NCBI GenBank assembly: GCA_977017645.1
Contig: OZ360245.1
Span: 3,844,001-3,908,000, forward strand
From: Torpedo marmorata
Taxonomy: Eukaryota
Reading direction: 5' to 3'
DNA: 64,000 bases
Position 1 is the first letter of the stretch; every line of letters starts with the position of its first letter. This document shows, piece by piece, positions 1-13,382 of the stretch. The position numbers were made by a program, and so were the translations under genes. A model generated the notes under the pieces. The model saw only the letters and a list, made by a program, of their open reading frames with translations. It was not told where the DNA came from and made no database searches.

Positions 1-79
1 AACCAGGGCAGACGTCAGCAGCCCAGAAGGAGAGCAGGTAAACATCACCTTCTTTCTGCCTGCTGACTTGCTGAAAGTA

Positions 80-750
80 CAGTAAAACCCTGGCATCCGG
101 CACCTACGGGATTGGTAGATGCCGGATAAGCGGGTTTTCCGGTTGCTTGAGACACTCTTACAATGCCTTACTAATTCACCTATATTAAGAATAAACAGTT
201 TAAAAGACAAAAATACTGTACTGTACTTGCACTGAACAAACTTTACTTGCATGAATATATAAACCTTAAAGCATTTTACTTTATTTTCAGTCACATTCTT
301 TGAAAACATTTAACCGTCGCTGAATCTGCAGGTTCCTCCCCCTCTACGGAGCCGCCCGAAAGACGAACAATAACATTATAGATAATTAACCACCCCTCCC
401 CCAAGTTTACAGATGAAGCCTCTGACTGGGGTGACTTTTGCTAAGCAGGGATAAGGAGACCCTTTAAGTGAGTCACCCCAACGGCGAGCGGAATCAACCA
501 GCTCTTCATCCTGGGCGACGCCATTGCTGTTTCACACAACTTTTTTCAAACAGCTGCTACGAGCAAAACACGACCAAGGCCTCCGCTGGCTGAACATTTG
601 CTCCCATCTTCACCAAAGGTTTACGTGTTACTTCAGAGAACTTCTACAATTTTAAACTTTTATTTTAATTTTTATTTATTTTCCTGGATTTTTTGGCCAA
701 TTACTTGAGGTCGCCGGTTGCTTGAATTCCGGATACCAGGGGTTTTACTG
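80..750. mobile_element. Tc1/mariner (Tigger/pogo-like) MITE
   Basis: TIRs CAGTAAAACCC(C)TGG.ATCCGG at both ends, flanked by TA. Confidence 0.8.
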
Positions 751-982
751 TATTCCTGATGAAGATAAAGGAAAGTGCCTCTTAAAACAGCTTTTACAAC
801 CTCAGTGTGTGCAAATCTTTTCTGTCAATGCAGAACATTTGACGCAGAGTCAGTGTTGTAAGGCAGCAAGCAATTTGTGCTTTTTGCATTGATTAAGTGA
901 GCAGTCAACACTATATTCAAGTTCAAGTTTATTATCATCTGATTGTACATATGCAACTTGACGAAACAGCGTCGCTCTCGAG

Positions 983-1191
983 CAGCCATTCTCAACGGGC
1001 ACCACAGCACATTTAAGTAAAAGCCTTGTTTTCTTTTCACCTCACTTAACATAAATATTGTTTATGTTTTTTACTGTAGTTGGTAGAAGAAAAGTGCAGA
1101 AGAAACCAAAACGTGATTGCTTCACAGGGAAGGAGGCCCATAAACTAGAGTCTTAGGGGCACCATAGCCGAAAAAAGGTTGAGAATGGCTG
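983..1191. mobile_element. hAT (Charlie-like) MITE; further copies at 3516-3733, 6595-6810, related one at 32290-32399
   Basis: TIR CAGCCATTCTCAAC...GTTGAGAATGGCTG; 8-bp TSDs (gtgtagac/gagtagac at 3516 copy; perfect ccttaatc at 32290 copy). Confidence 0.8.
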
Positions 1192-1707
1192 CTCTAGACC
1201 ATGGTGCACACACAAAAACACACAATGCACAGTACTTAAAGATAAAATAAATGTATATAAATATTTGGGGTGATTTTCATGGTTATAGGATAATGTTCAT
1301 TAGTCTTCACAGCCTGTGTGAAGAACCTTGACGAAGGGCTCAGGCCCGAAACTTCGGTAATGTATCTTTACCTCCTATGGATGCTGTGAGACCTGCTGAG
1401 TTCCACAATCACAGCGTCTGCAGACCTTCATGTTTTACACCACTTTCCTGGAACTATGTTCCTGCATCCCCAGGTCTCTGTTCCACAATGCCCCCAAGGC
1501 CCTACCATTCACCGTGTAAGTCCGCAGATTTTCACGTTTCACTGGATTAGAATTGGGCCTATCCCAACTCCAGTGGGAATCATGTGCTCTACTAAGACAC
1601 AGGTCAGGCGAACGTGGCTGGTGGTGAGGAGAGAGCAGGAAGACTGGGAAGGGGTGAGGCAGATAAAGTGAAGAGTGGCCACTGCTTCATCCCCATTGTG
1701 ATTTCAG

Positions 1708-1849
1708 GCCCGGGAGCAGGATGTTGGGAAGATTGTGTCTGCCCTCCACCGCTGTGTTACAGCACTGCCCAGGGATCGTCTCCGCAGAGTGGCAAGGATT
1801 GGAGTCTCGGGACAGATGCATGGTGTGGTGCTGTGGAAAAGCGAGCAAG
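1708..1849 (+). CDS. SHPK: Sedoheptulokinase, coding exon 2 (exon 1 outside window)
   Basis: AG/GT-bounded 142-bp exon encoding AREQDVGKIVSALHRCV...RIGVSGQMHGVVLWKSEQ; FGGY-kinase GQMHG motif; phase joins the next exon. Confidence 0.95.
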
Positions 1850-2601
1850 GTAACTCCTGGAAGGCAGCAGAGAATGAACCTGCCCCGTACTCACTGAGAC
1901 CTGGAGCAAAGACCGATCGCATCACAGTGCAGCCAGAGGCATGTTAAACCCCGTCTCCAGACTGTTCTGCACAGACAATTGAAACTGTCCAAATAATCCT
2001 TTTATAAATTGCTACTGATTCTTTGTTTCGATGCTTATTAATTAAAACAAGGAGAGAAAAACAATCTTGCACTTCTCCTGTACTCTAAACTAGGTTGAGG
2101 CCAGGGTTGGAGAACATGGCTAATGAGGCAAGGTTAGCAAAGCTGGGGCTTTTCTCTTTGGAACACAGATTATGAGAGGCACCTTTTTTCCAGGGCGGGA
2201 GTAGCAAACACCAGAGGACATCTGTACAAGGTGAGGGGAGGGAAGTTTAGGGGAGACGTCAGGGGTAAGTTTTTTACACAGAGTTGTGGGTGCCTGGAAT
2301 GCCTTGCCAGGGGTGGTGGTGGAGGCTGGAACATTAGGGGCATTTAAGAGACTTAGACAGGCACATGGATGGAAGAAAAATAGAGGGTTGTGGAGTAGGG
2401 AGGGAAGGGTTAGATTGTTGATTACGTTTACATGGGTCGGCACAACATCGTGGGCCGAAGGGCAAGTAGATCCAGGTCAACAGGTCATTAGACTTGAGTG
2501 TTGGTTGAGGGCGAAATATTGGTCAGGACGTCCTCTGATGGTGGCACGGATCATGTACTTGCACAGAAAGGTGGGCTCATTCCGATGTCTCATCTGTGAC
2601 T

Positions 2602-3385
2602 AGACTCCCCCTGCCCCGTCCCCACTCCCCCTGCCCCGTCCCCATGAGGGGAACACTCCCCCTGCCCCATCCCCATGAGGGGAACACTCCCCCTGCCCCG
2701 CCCCCCACTCCCCCTGCTCCGTCCCCATGAGGGGAACACTCCCCCTGCCCCATCCCCATGAGGGGAAACACTCCCCCTGCCCCATCCCCACTCCACCTGC
2801 CCCGTCCCCACTCCCCCTGCCCCATCCCCATGAGGGGGAACACTCCCCCTGCCCCGCCCCCACTCCTGCCCCGCCCCCACTCCCCCTGCCCCATCCCCAT
2901 GAGGGGAAACACTCCCCCTGCCCCGTCCCCACTCCCCCTGCCCCGTCCCCATGAGGGGAAACACTCCCCCTGCCCCGTCCCCACTCCCCCTGCCCCATCC
3001 CCATGAGGGGGAACACTCCCCCTGCCCCGCCCCCACTCCTGCCCCGCCCCCACTCCCCCTGCCCCATCCCCATGAGGGGAAACACTCCCCCTGCCCCGTC
3101 CCCACTCCCCCTGCCCCATCCCCATGAGGGGGAACACTCCCCCTGCCCCGCCCCCACTCCTGCCCCGCCCCCACTCCCCCTGCCCCATCCCCATGAGGGG
3201 AAACACTCCCCCTGCCCCGTCCCCACTCCCCCTGCCCCGTCCCCATGAGGGGAAACACTCTCCCTGCCCCGTCCCCACTCCCCCTGCCCCGTCCCCATGA
3301 GGGGAACACTCCCCCTGCCCCGTCCCCACTCCCCCTGCCCCGTCCCCACTCCCCCTGCCCCGTCCCCACTCCCCCTGCCCCGTCC
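2602..3385. repeat. C-rich compound minisatellite (20-bp ccccactccccctgccccgt and ~31-bp ccccatgaggggaacactccccctgccccat units)
   Basis: Direct tandem repetition visible. Confidence 0.95.
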
Positions 3386-4088
3386 CTCTGAATGACCAAA
3401 CCAGACCATGATCCAACAGTCCGTATTCTAACCACTGTACAGCTGCAGAAGTTCGATAGTGTATTTGATGAGATGCCAAATCTCCTTAAAAAGTCGAGAT
3501 GTTGATAGTGTAGACCAGCCATTCTCAACCCTTTTTTGGCTCTGGCCCCCTTAGGCCTCTGCTGAAAGTTTATGGGCCCCCTTCCCTGTGAAGCAGTGAA
3601 GTTTAGTTGGTTTCTTCTGTACTTCTCTCCAACCGACTCCATAAAAACATCAAATATTTAGGGTTTCAGTCTGTGGGCCCCCCCCTTAAGTGTGTCCCGG
3701 GGGGGGCCATATTGCCCCTGTTGAGAATGGCTGGAGTAGACAGTCAGAATCTTTTACCTGCAGTAATACTCTCACATACTGGAGGACGTGTCTTTAAAGT
3801 GAGAGGGGGTAAGTGTAAAGGAGATGTGCGGAGTATGTTTTATACTCCATGCTGGTGCCGTGAACGGGCTGCTCAGGGTTGTGCTGGAAGCAGATACTCT
3901 GGTAGTGTTTAACGTAGACACGTTTAACGTAGACACGTGAACGTGCAGGGAATTGAGGGCTACACAAGCAGCAGAGTTTGATTTAATTGGACCATCACGT
4001 TGGGGGCAGACGCGTGGGCCGAAGGGCCTCTTCCCGTGCTGTGCTGCTCTGTTCCGTGTTCAAATGGTCTCTCGCTCTGCCCTTTCAG

Positions 4089-4272
4089 GGTGCAAGTGGC
4101 AGAGGAGAGAAGCCGGCTTCACCTTCCAGCCCGCGGAGATAAGTCACCTGGTCTCGTGGCAAGACGGCCGGTGCCAGCGCGAGTTCATCGCCTCGCTCCC
4201 ACCGCCCGATTCCCACCTCAACCTTGCCTCTGGCTTTGGCTGCGCCACCATTTTCTGGTACATGAGGAACAG
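4089..4272 (+). CDS. SHPK: Sedoheptulokinase exon 3
   Basis: cctttcag|...|gtagat, 184 bp, encodes SHLVSWQDGRC...LASGFGCATIFW (FGGY WQDGRC motif). Confidence 0.95.
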
Positions 4273-4479
4273 GTAGATCATTCTTAACTTCTCTTCAAAC
4301 TAAACAAAGGCTCACCAGCTTTTAACAAAGTTGAAAAGTATTTTTCTGAAGTTTAGCTCGGTGTAAAACAAAAGCTTGCATTTTTGTAGTGCCTTGGGAC
4401 TTCCCAGCCTATTCATGCAAAGTGCTTTGGAAGAGTAGCCCCTACTAATGTTTCAAAACTGATGTAAGCTCATTGACCT

Positions 4480-5025
4480 GAGATGGTCTCCTTACTTGAG
4501 GAAGGATGTATTGGCTTTGGAGGCAGTGCAGAGGAGGTTCACCAGGTTGACTCCAGAGATGAAGGGGTTGGCCTATGAGGAGAGATTGAGTCGTCTGGGA
4601 CTGTACTCGCTGGAATTTAGAAGAATGAGAGGGGATCTTATAGAAACATATAAAATTATGAAAGGCATAGATAAGATAAGATAGAGGTAGGTAAGTTGTT
4701 TCCATTGGTGGGCGAGACCAGAACTAGGGGACATAGCCTCAAGATCCAGGGTAGTAGATTTAGGACGGAGATGAGGAGGAACTGCTTTTCCCAGAGGGTG
4801 GTGAATCTGTGGAATTCACTGCCCATTGAAGCAGTGGAGGCGACCTCAGTAAATATATTTAAGACAAGGTTGGATAGATTTTTACATAGTAGGGGAATTA
4901 AGGGATATGGGGAAAAGGCAGGTAGATGGAGATGAGCCGATCATCGGATCAGCCATGATCACATTGAATGGCGGAGCAGGCTCGACGGACCGGATGGCCG
5001 ACTCCTCCTCCTATTTCTTATGTTC
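4480..5025 (+). mobile_element. CR1 LINE 3' fragment (other CR1 fragments at ~2115-2460, 10160-10735, 17305-17650, 20940-21195, 42620-42880)
   Basis: LEAVQRRFTR...YEERL..LGLYSLE.RR.RGDLIE motif typical of CR1 ORF2 C-terminus. Confidence 0.85.
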
Positions 5026-5379
5026 TTGTGGTAACTCACCACAGATGCTGCCTGACCTGGGTGTTTTGCAGCATTCCACGTTTTTATTTCAAACTTCTGC
5101 AGTTTATTTTTAATTTTCACAATGATTTGAAAATGTTAACTCCCAAGTCACAGCTGCATTCTGGTGCCAGCTAGACACTGGCCTCTGTGAAGCTGAACTT
5201 TCTGAAACCATCCTGGCACAAACACCAGTATCTGCCCTGTTCGGGATTCTCACCACCAGAGGGAATATTTCTCCACTCGAATAAACCTTTCAGTTATTTT
5301 GAACATTAAAGAGAAACTTCAGCTGCTGGAATTCAGGAATATAAAAACAGAAAATGCTGGAGATACTCAGTAGGTCAAA

Positions 5380-6050
5380 CAGGATCAGTAGTAAAAACAC
5401 ACAGTAAGTGCTGGAGGAACTCAGCAGGTCTTGCAGCGTCGATTGAAGGTAAAGATATATTACCAACTTTTCGGGCCTGAGCCCTTCTCAAAGGTATAAG
5501 CAAAAAGCAGGCAGGCATCTCAATAAAGACAGAGAGAAAGGGGGAAGAATGGGAGGGGGAGGTCCAGACCAACAGACAAAAAGTGTTAATTGGATGTGAT
5601 AAAAAGGAAGGAAAGATGAGAATTGATTTTAGCTCTGTGAAAGGAGACAGAGGGGGAAAAGGGAAGAGAGGGAGAGAGAACTAGAGGAAAGGAGACGTGG
5701 GGACGAAGATGGGGAGGGAAGTTTTAACGGAAACTAGAGAAGTCGAGATTAATGCCATCCGGTTGGAGGGTGCCCAGATGTTAGGTGAGGTGTTGTCCTC
5801 CAGTTTGCGGGTGGTCTCAGTCTGGCAGTGCACGAGACCATAGACATGTCAGCAAGGGAATGGGATGGGGAATTGAAATGGGTGGCCACTGGGAGATCCA
5901 CGCTATTGCGACGGACAGAGCCGAGGTGCTCAACGAAGCGACCTCCCAGTGACATGGAGGAGATCACAACGGGAGCACCGGATGCAGTTGGTGACCCCTG
6001 CAGATTCCCAAGTGAAGTGTTGCTTCACTTGGAAGGACTGTCCCTCCAAA
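5380..6050 (-). mobile_element. Penelope-like element 3' fragment (degenerate GIY-YIG end plus terminal repeat)
   Basis: Homologous to 41420-41990 (RFVEHL..V...DLPVATHFNS.SHS). Confidence 0.75.
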
Positions 6051-7124
6051 CAGGATCTGTGGAGGGGAACAGAAGTAATATTTTGGGTCAATGTACTATT
6101 ATCGGAGAGTGAAACACGAAAGTCTGCAGACGCTGTGATTGTAGTAAAAACACAAAAATGCTGGAGAAACTCAGCCGGTCTCACAGGTACCTTGAGGAAG
6201 GGCTCAGGCCTGAAATGTCGGTTATGTACCTTTACCTCCTATGGACGCTGCAAGACCGACTGAGTTCCTCCAGCATTTCTGTGTTTTTACTATTATCAGA
6301 GAGTCAGAACATTGGCTTGTTTAAGTGGCAGAGAGTGTGTGGGGTGGAGAGAACAGAGAGAATGCCTCTGACAGGGTGGAAAACAGATAAAAACTGCAGA
6401 TTATGGTGTCTGATACAAAAACAAATGCTCGGCCGAGGAAGCAGCATCTGTGGAAAGAGGAACCAGTGAATGTTTTGGGTCAGCGAGCTTTCTTCAGAGC
6501 TGGGGGTGGGGGGAAGTCGGTAAAAGAGCCCAGTAAACCCAGTACAGTAGCAGTCAGGATGCAGATTTGCCTGTCACGTCTGCGTCCCTTAAACCAGCCA
6601 TTCTCAACGGGGGCCCTACGGCACGTTTAAGTAAAATCCCTGTTTTCTTTCCACCTCACTGACGTAAATATTTTTAATGTTTTTTTATGTAGTTGGTAGT
6701 AGAGAAGTACGGAAGAAACCAAAACTTGACTGCTTCACAGGGAAGGGGGCCCATAAACTTTGAGCAGAGTCCAAGGGGGGCCATAGCCAAAAAAAGGTTG
6801 AGAATGGCTGCCTGAAATGATTTGTAAAGTTAGAATGCGGTACCAGCTTGCTACTGGGTAGATCTCCGGCCTGGAGCATGCACTGACTGCTCCTTCCTTT
6901 TACGGGGAATGGGGGCCGGGCGGAGGAGGTGCGACGGAGAGCAGGTGTGGGGAGGTGGCAGCATCAGAGGAGGCAGCAAATTCCTCGCCACTCGCTGTCT
7001 CTAAAGGAGTTTCCCTTCCTTCATTTGCAAGCTGGCTCTGGAGTGACTCTCCGCCAGCCCATAAACACAAAAGAAAGCTTTCCACTGTGTCTCGGTACAT
7101 GTGACAACAATTAGAAATCTAAAT

Positions 7125-7890
7125 CAAGATTCAAGATTCAATTTATTGTCATAGTAATAAGACAGTGTCATATTCCATGAAATTTCTTTTTGCCTGCTGC
7201 AAGGCAGACAGATTCGCCACCGGCAGAAATTGCCTAAGCGCTTCTAACATTCCTTACAGTCAGAGAAAGAGAAGCAAAAGAGAGTCCCCCCAGAGTCACC
7301 GAGTGTCCGTAGATTCTCCTCCAGCACTTCCGCAGCCACACAAAGTCCAGTCCAAACCATCGGCAACCCGAGCTCCAGATCCGAACTTCCAACACAGTCA
7401 GGTCGCCCTCGCATCCCGGTTCTGATACCTGGTACTCCTCCAGCCAGTTCGAGCCATCCTCCAGCAGTCCGCAGCCCAGCGTGAGTCCCCCGACAGCAGT
7501 CTCCAGCAGCTCACAGCCTCCGCGGGTTCTTCGCCTCGAGTCGCCAGCAGCCTGCCGCATGCACTGGTCCTTCAGCCTCAGAGCCCCTCACCGGTCCGCT
7601 GCCGTGGTCACCATCCCGTGGGTCGTCTCCTCCGCTTCCCCGGAATCTGCAGCCCCTCCTGGCTGCTGCCGGTTAAAAGGCGCTGCCATCTTGGGCGCAG
7701 ACCCCGTGGTCGCGGGATCTTAAATAAAACCACCGTCGGCTCCTTTAACAGGCCGTTCAAAGCCCGTGTGGAACCGACGGCAGTCGACTGGGCGGCTGGA
7801 CCCCGCGGGAGCGCTGTATCTCCGCTCCCACGCTCCCCGCGGGTCAGCGGCAGCACTGCCGCTACAGCGGCTCCAGCAGCGCCACCATGA
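7125..7890 (-). mobile_element. GC-rich non-autonomous Rex1-tailed retroelement; copies at ~32560-33390 (+) and ~34245-34725 (+)
   Basis: Three mutually similar copies; 3' tail AATAAATTGAATCTTGAATCTTGA; no ORF; CpG-rich 5' part. Confidence 0.65.
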
Positions 7891-8012
7891 TCAACAATCA
7901 CATTGCTTACCTTCCTGTTCTTAAGAAGTTTCAAAAATAAATTGATGTCAAAGATTAATTTGAAATTTATTTTCAATGTTAGGCACTGTAAATTTAAACT
8001 GGTCATCGTGAA

Positions 8013-8266
8013 ATTTTAAATTTAGACATACAGCACGGTAACAGGTCATTTCAGCCCACGAGCCCGCGCCGCCCAATTACACCCAATTAACCTAAAACCC
8101 CCGGTATGTTTCAAACGGTGGGAGGAAACCAGAGCCCCCGGAGGAAACCCACGCAGACACAGGGAGAACGTACAAACTCCTTACAGACAGTACGGGATTC
8201 CAACCCCGGTCCCGGTGGCTGGCACTGTAACAGCGTTGCGCTAACCGCTACGCCAACCGTGCCGCC
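8013..8266 (-). mobile_element. tRNA-derived V-SINE (HE1-like); further copies ~11612-11870, 15017-15230, 27320-27540, 39185-39435, 42216-42385, 42890-43040, 50910-51105, 59260-59510
   Basis: tRNA-like head with A box (TGGCGTAGCGG) and B box (GGTT(C)GAATCC), V-domain GGAGTTTGTACGTTCTCCCCGTGTCTGCGTGGG, AAATTT-type tail. Confidence 0.85.
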
Positions 8267-8481
8267 CCTGCTTGGAAAGTGTGTGGAAATAAGCCCTTCG
8301 GCCCAACTTGTCCATGCTGACCAAGTTGTTTACCTGAACTACTCCCATTTTTGTGGGTATGGCCCATATCCCTCCAAATGTTTCCCGTTCGTGAAGCTGT
8401 GTGGTTCTATTAAATGTTGCAGTAGTACCTGCCTCTACCTTGGTTGAAAGCCAGTGGCAGCCTGGTCATCTTGTTTTCCAG

Positions 8482-8634
8482 ACACCAGCTTCTGCAGACC
8501 TACACAGCAGCAGGGACCATCCATGACTACGTTGTTGCTGCCTTGTGTGGCTTTACAAAGCCTCTGATGTCGGCCCAGAATGCTGCCAGTTGGGGCTACT
8601 TCAACACCAGATGCGGCACTTGGAATCTGCAAAT
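8482..8634 (+). CDS. SHPK: Sedoheptulokinase exon 4
   Basis: ttttccag|...|gtaagt, 153 bp, encodes AAGTIHDYVVAALCG...MSAQNAASWGYFN. Confidence 0.95.
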
Positions 8635-9289
8635 GTAAGTGCTGGGAAGGCCAGTTGGGGAGAAGGCCGGGCAGTGGGGCTGAGCGGGAATAAGGATCAG
8701 CTCATGATTGAATGCCAGGGAAGACTCGATGGGCTGAATGGCCTATTTCTGCTCCTACGTCTGATGGTCTGGAAAACGAAAAGTCAGGTGCTTTACGCAA
8801 TTTTTGGAGAGAAGCATCACTTTTTTTCTGACGTGTGTTAACAAGCTCATCCATGCCAACTAAGCGGGCATTCTGGGGTCTCATATGGTCCACATCCTTC
8901 TAATCCCTTCCTGTCCATGCTTCCATCCAAGTGCATTTTTTAACGTCGTTACTGTGCCCGCTTCTACAGCTACCTCTGGCAGCTCGTTCCAGATACGGAT
9001 CCCCCCCCCTCCGAGTGAGAAAGTTCCCCTTCGTATCGTTCCTCTCTTCACCCAGAGGGCGGCGGGCGTGCGGAATGAGCTGCCAGCGAAAATGGTAGCA
9101 GCGGGGACAATCGTAACATTCAAAAGACATTTAGACAGGTACATGGATGGATACGTTTTGAGGGATACAGGCCGAACGCAGGCAATGGGACTGGCTTGGG
9201 ACCAAGAGCCTCTTTCTGTACTGCAGATCTCTGACTCTACGGTGTCAGGACGACAAACGATAAACTCTTACTGCCTCAGCATGGGGCGT

Positions 9290-10150
9290 GTCAGATTTCA
9301 GATTTATTGTCATACACAAATGACATCACATACAACCCTGAGATTCTTTTTCCTGCGGACAAGGCAGAATTACCACTTACTGGTAGTGTAAAAAAAAACT
9401 ACACAACGTACACATGTAAACAAATAAAGAAATGTAAATAAACTGACTGCAATACGGAGAGGAAAAAAAATCAATAAAGTGCAAAAGTAAGAGTCCTTAA
9501 AGGAGTCCCTGATTGAGTTTGTTGTTGAGGAGTCTGATGGTGGAGGGGTAGCAGCTGTTCCTGAACCTGGTGGTGCGAGTCTTGTGGCACCTATACCTCT
9601 TTCCTGATGGCAGCAGCGAGAACAGAGCGTGTGCTGAGTGGTGTGGATCCTTGATGATTGCTGCTGCTCTCCGACGGCAGCGTTCCCCGTAGATGTTCTC
9701 GATAGTGGGGAGGGTTTTGCCTGTGATGTCCTGGGCTGTGTCCACTACGTTTTGCAGGGCTTTACGCTCAGGGGTATTGGTGTTCCCATACCAGACTGTG
9801 GTGCAGCCGGTCAGCACACTTTCCACCACACATCTGTAGAAATTTGCCAGGGTTTCTGGTGTCATACCAAACCTCTGCAAACTCCTGAGGAAGTAGAGGC
9901 GCTGACGTGCTTTCTTCACGATGCCATTAGTGTGTTGGGTCCAGGAAAGATCCTCCGAGATAGTGACTCCCAAGAACTTAAATTTGTTCACCCTCTCCGC
10001 CTCTGAACCCCCAATGATCACTGGATTGTATACCTCTGGTTTTCCTTTCCTGAAGTCAACAATCAGCTACTTGGTTTTGGTGACATTGAGTGCAAGGTTG
10101 TTGTTGGTGACCATTCAGCCAGGTTTTCAATCTCCATCCTCTATGCTGAC
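9290..10150 (-). mobile_element. Rex1/Babar LINE 3' fragment (others ~24975-25480, 28250-28755, 28995-29700, 31290-31845, 35000-35375, 35975-36450)
   Basis: KFLGV.I..DL.W...KKARQRLYFLR...ESVLT...W; ends AATAAATCTGAAATCTGA. Confidence 0.85.
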
Positions 10151-11020
10151 TCATGAATTAATGAGAGTAAGGCACTGGTGAGGCCTCACTTGGAGTACGA
10201 GGTACAGTTTTTGGCTCCTTATTTAAGAAAGGATATGCTGCCCATTGGAGAGGGTTCAGAGAAGATTCACAAGAATGATTCCTGGAATGAAGGGATTAGC
10301 ATATGAGGAACGTTTGACGGCTCTTGGACTTCACTCCTTGGAGTTCAGAAGAATGAGGGGGACCTCATAGAGTCATTTGGAATGTTGAAAGGCCTGGACA
10401 GAGTAGATGTGGCAAAGTTGTTTCCCATGGTAGGGGAGTCTAGGATAAGAGGGAACAACTTCAGAATTGAAGGGCGCCCATTTAAAACAGATGTGGAGGA
10501 ATTTCTTTAGCCAGAGAGTGATGAACCTCTGCAATTTGCTGCTACGGGCAGCTGTGAAGGCGAGGTTGTGTATTTAAGGCAGAGATTGATAGGTATCTGA
10601 ATAGTCGGGGTATCAAGAGTTACAGGGAGAAGGCAGGGGAGTGGGGCTGAGTGGGAGAATGGATCATGATGGAATGGCGGAGCGGACTCAATGGGTCGAA
10701 TGGCCTCCTTCTGCTCCTACATCTTATGGTCTTAAATCTAAAGATGACATACCGGTACTTTAATTTTTGTGCTCGGGATTTTAGCAGGAGACCTGATTCA
10801 GAGACAGGCCTGCTGCCAGCTGAACGGTAAGCAGCCAGCTAGCGTACAGACTTGGTAGTATGTAGTCAATGGGCTGAATGGCCTAGTAGTTCCTTTGTAG
10901 TGCATCTTACTACCAACAGCTGATTCATAACCTGCTCTTTTTGCAGTTACTATGAGCTAGTCAGAATGAGAAATAGTTTCTGGAGAACCACTTGGCTATC
11001 TTTGCTCCTGCCCCCTTCAG

Positions 11021-11196
11021 ATTAGAGGACTCCGGATTTCCCACAGGTTTGCTGCCCACAGTTGTGGAATCCGGATCAATCGTGGGAAAGCTGACACACG
11101 AATGGTGCGGCGTGCCCGAGGGAACAGAAGTCGGTGCGGCCCTAGGAGATTTCCAATGTTGTGTGTACTCCTGCATGACTGAGGAGACCGATGCAG
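11021..11196 (+). CDS. SHPK: Sedoheptulokinase exon 5
   Basis: cccttcag|...|gtagga, 176 bp, encodes LEDSGFPTGLLP...VGAALGDFQCCVYSCM. Confidence 0.95.
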
Positions 11197-11438
11197 GTAG
11201 GAATGGAGGGAAAGGCTTGGCTTTGCCTTGCATAGAGAAAGCTGCTAAAATATTAAAGGGCCCATCCCACCCCAGTCTCTTCTCCCCTGCTTCCTTCCAG
11301 CAGAAGATACAGGAACTTGAAAACATGAACCTCCAGATTCAAGGGCAGATTTGTTTCTGCTGTTATCAGTCTCTTAAACAGTCCACTCACTGGTGAAAGA
11401 CAATGCCCTTGCACTATTTAACTTTCTCCATATCCTAC

Positions 11439-12956
11439 TGTTGTGTGGGAAGGGAAAAGTTCGGTGGGTTCAAAGAATAGTGGGTCTGAACACAGGCTGA
11501 ATGCAGTAGTAAAACACGAAAGTCTGCAGACACCGTGATTGAAGTAAAAACACAATGCTGGAGAAACTCAGCAGGTCAAACAGTGTCCTTTATGTAGCAA
11601 AGATAAAGATTAGGGCGGCACGGTTGGCATAGCAGTTAGCGCAATGCATTTACAGCGCCAGCGATTGGGACCGGGGTTCAAATCCCGCGCTGTCTGTAAG
11701 GAGTTTGTACGTTCTCCCCGTGTCTGCGTGGGTTTTCCCCGGGGGCTCCGGTTTCTTCCCACCGTTCAAAACGTACCTGGGGTGTAGGTTAATGGGGTGT
11801 AAATTGAGTGGCACGGACTTGTGGGCCGAAAGGGCCTGTTACCGTGCTGTATGTCTAAATTTAAATTTAAAAAGAGAAATACATAACAAACGTTTCGGGC
11901 TTGAGCCCTTCATCAAGGTATGGAAAAATGTCAGCAGGCGCCCAAATGAAATGGTAGGGGGTTAGGGGCAGGGGGAAGAGCACGGTCCCACAAGCAGGAG
12001 GTAATAAGGGAGGGAGGGCACACCAGCAAGCAGGGGGATGGGGGATGACTGTGTGAATGGAGAGGGAAGGGGGTGGAGAGCTGGAGGAAAGGAGACAGAG
12101 GGAAAGTGAAGGGAGTAGGCTAGCAGAAACTGGAGAAGTCAATGATAATGCTGTCCGGTTGGAGAGTGCCCAGACAGAAAATCAGACTGAATGCAGAAAT
12201 ACTCTTTATTGAAATACATGTAAGGGGATCGCAACAGGGATAACACACACAAGTATTCTCAATCACACAACACAGTGCAACCAGTCATATTGGACTTAAC
12301 ACTACCGATACCAGTAACTGCTGACACTCACAAGCACGGTACAACCCAGTCACATCGGACTTAATACTACTGATAATAATACCAGCAACTGTTTATACAG
12401 AATTATCACATCCAAGGACTACAATACGCTACACGCCATTCCATGTCTAACGTGGGCACGGTTTAGATGATATCTACAACGTAACTGCTGACACTCTCAC
12501 AAGCACGGTACAACCCAGTCACATCGGACTTAATACTACTGATAATAATACCAGCAACTGTTTATACAGACTTATCACATCCAAGGACTACAATACGCTA
12601 CACGCCATTCCTTGTCTAACGTGGGCACGGTTTAGATGCTATCTACAACTACAACAATGAACAACAGCCCTGACCCCTATGTAGTGCACACCTTACCAAC
12701 GACTCCTCCAGCGTTGTCCACAGCAGGGTTCGTCTCAGGGCCAAAGAGCAAAAGAGGAAGAACTACTGCACGTGGTGGGCTTTATAGTACAGTAAGCTGG
12801 AGGGTCCGGCCCAGGTAATCACTAGGTGATTAAAGGGGCCAATGTTCAGGTGTGCACTAATGGGTAGGCAGAGTCCAACCTTGATTGGAAGGTGATGCGA
12901 CTTCAGACTTGGTTCCAGACAGAGAGGTCACATGACCCTCCACAATCCACACTACA
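11439..12956. mobile_element. Solo LTR (interrupted by nested insertions); second, truncated copy at 51107-51737
   Basis: TGTTGTG...CACTACA termini, 5-bp TSD CCTAC (11434-11438 / 12957-12961); high similarity to 51107-51737. Confidence 0.8.
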
Positions 12957-13382
12957 CCTACACTTTGTCTTTAAAGCACCACACCTGCACTCATTGGCTT
13001 GCTGTAACACCACACCATGCAGGGTCAGTGACGAAGGTCAAGGATGGGTGGCAGGATCAGTGACGGAGGTCGCGGGTCACTGGCAGCAAAGATGTCCATA
13101 AGACATAGGAGCAGAAATAGGCCATTCAGCCCATTAAGTTGCCCTGCCATTTAATCATGAGCTGATCCATTTCCTCTCTGCCCGGCCTTCTCCCCATAAC
13201 CTTTGATGCCCTGGCGAATCAAGAACCTATCAATCTCTGCTTTAAATACACCCAATGACAGGAATAATCCCAGAGTGACTACCAGAACTGTGTGGGTCTG
13301 AATGGAGCAACACATCTCAGAACATATCTGGGAGGTGTTTGTCACGATGCAGTCACCAATTAATATCTTCCTTGCACTCCAG

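Noticed and set aside
2577-3642. Gly-rich ORFs in all three minus frames
   Set aside because: Minisatellite artefact inside an SHPK intron
11612-11700. tRNA-like sequence with A and B boxes
   Set aside because: Head of a V-SINE repeated many times in the window, not a tRNA gene
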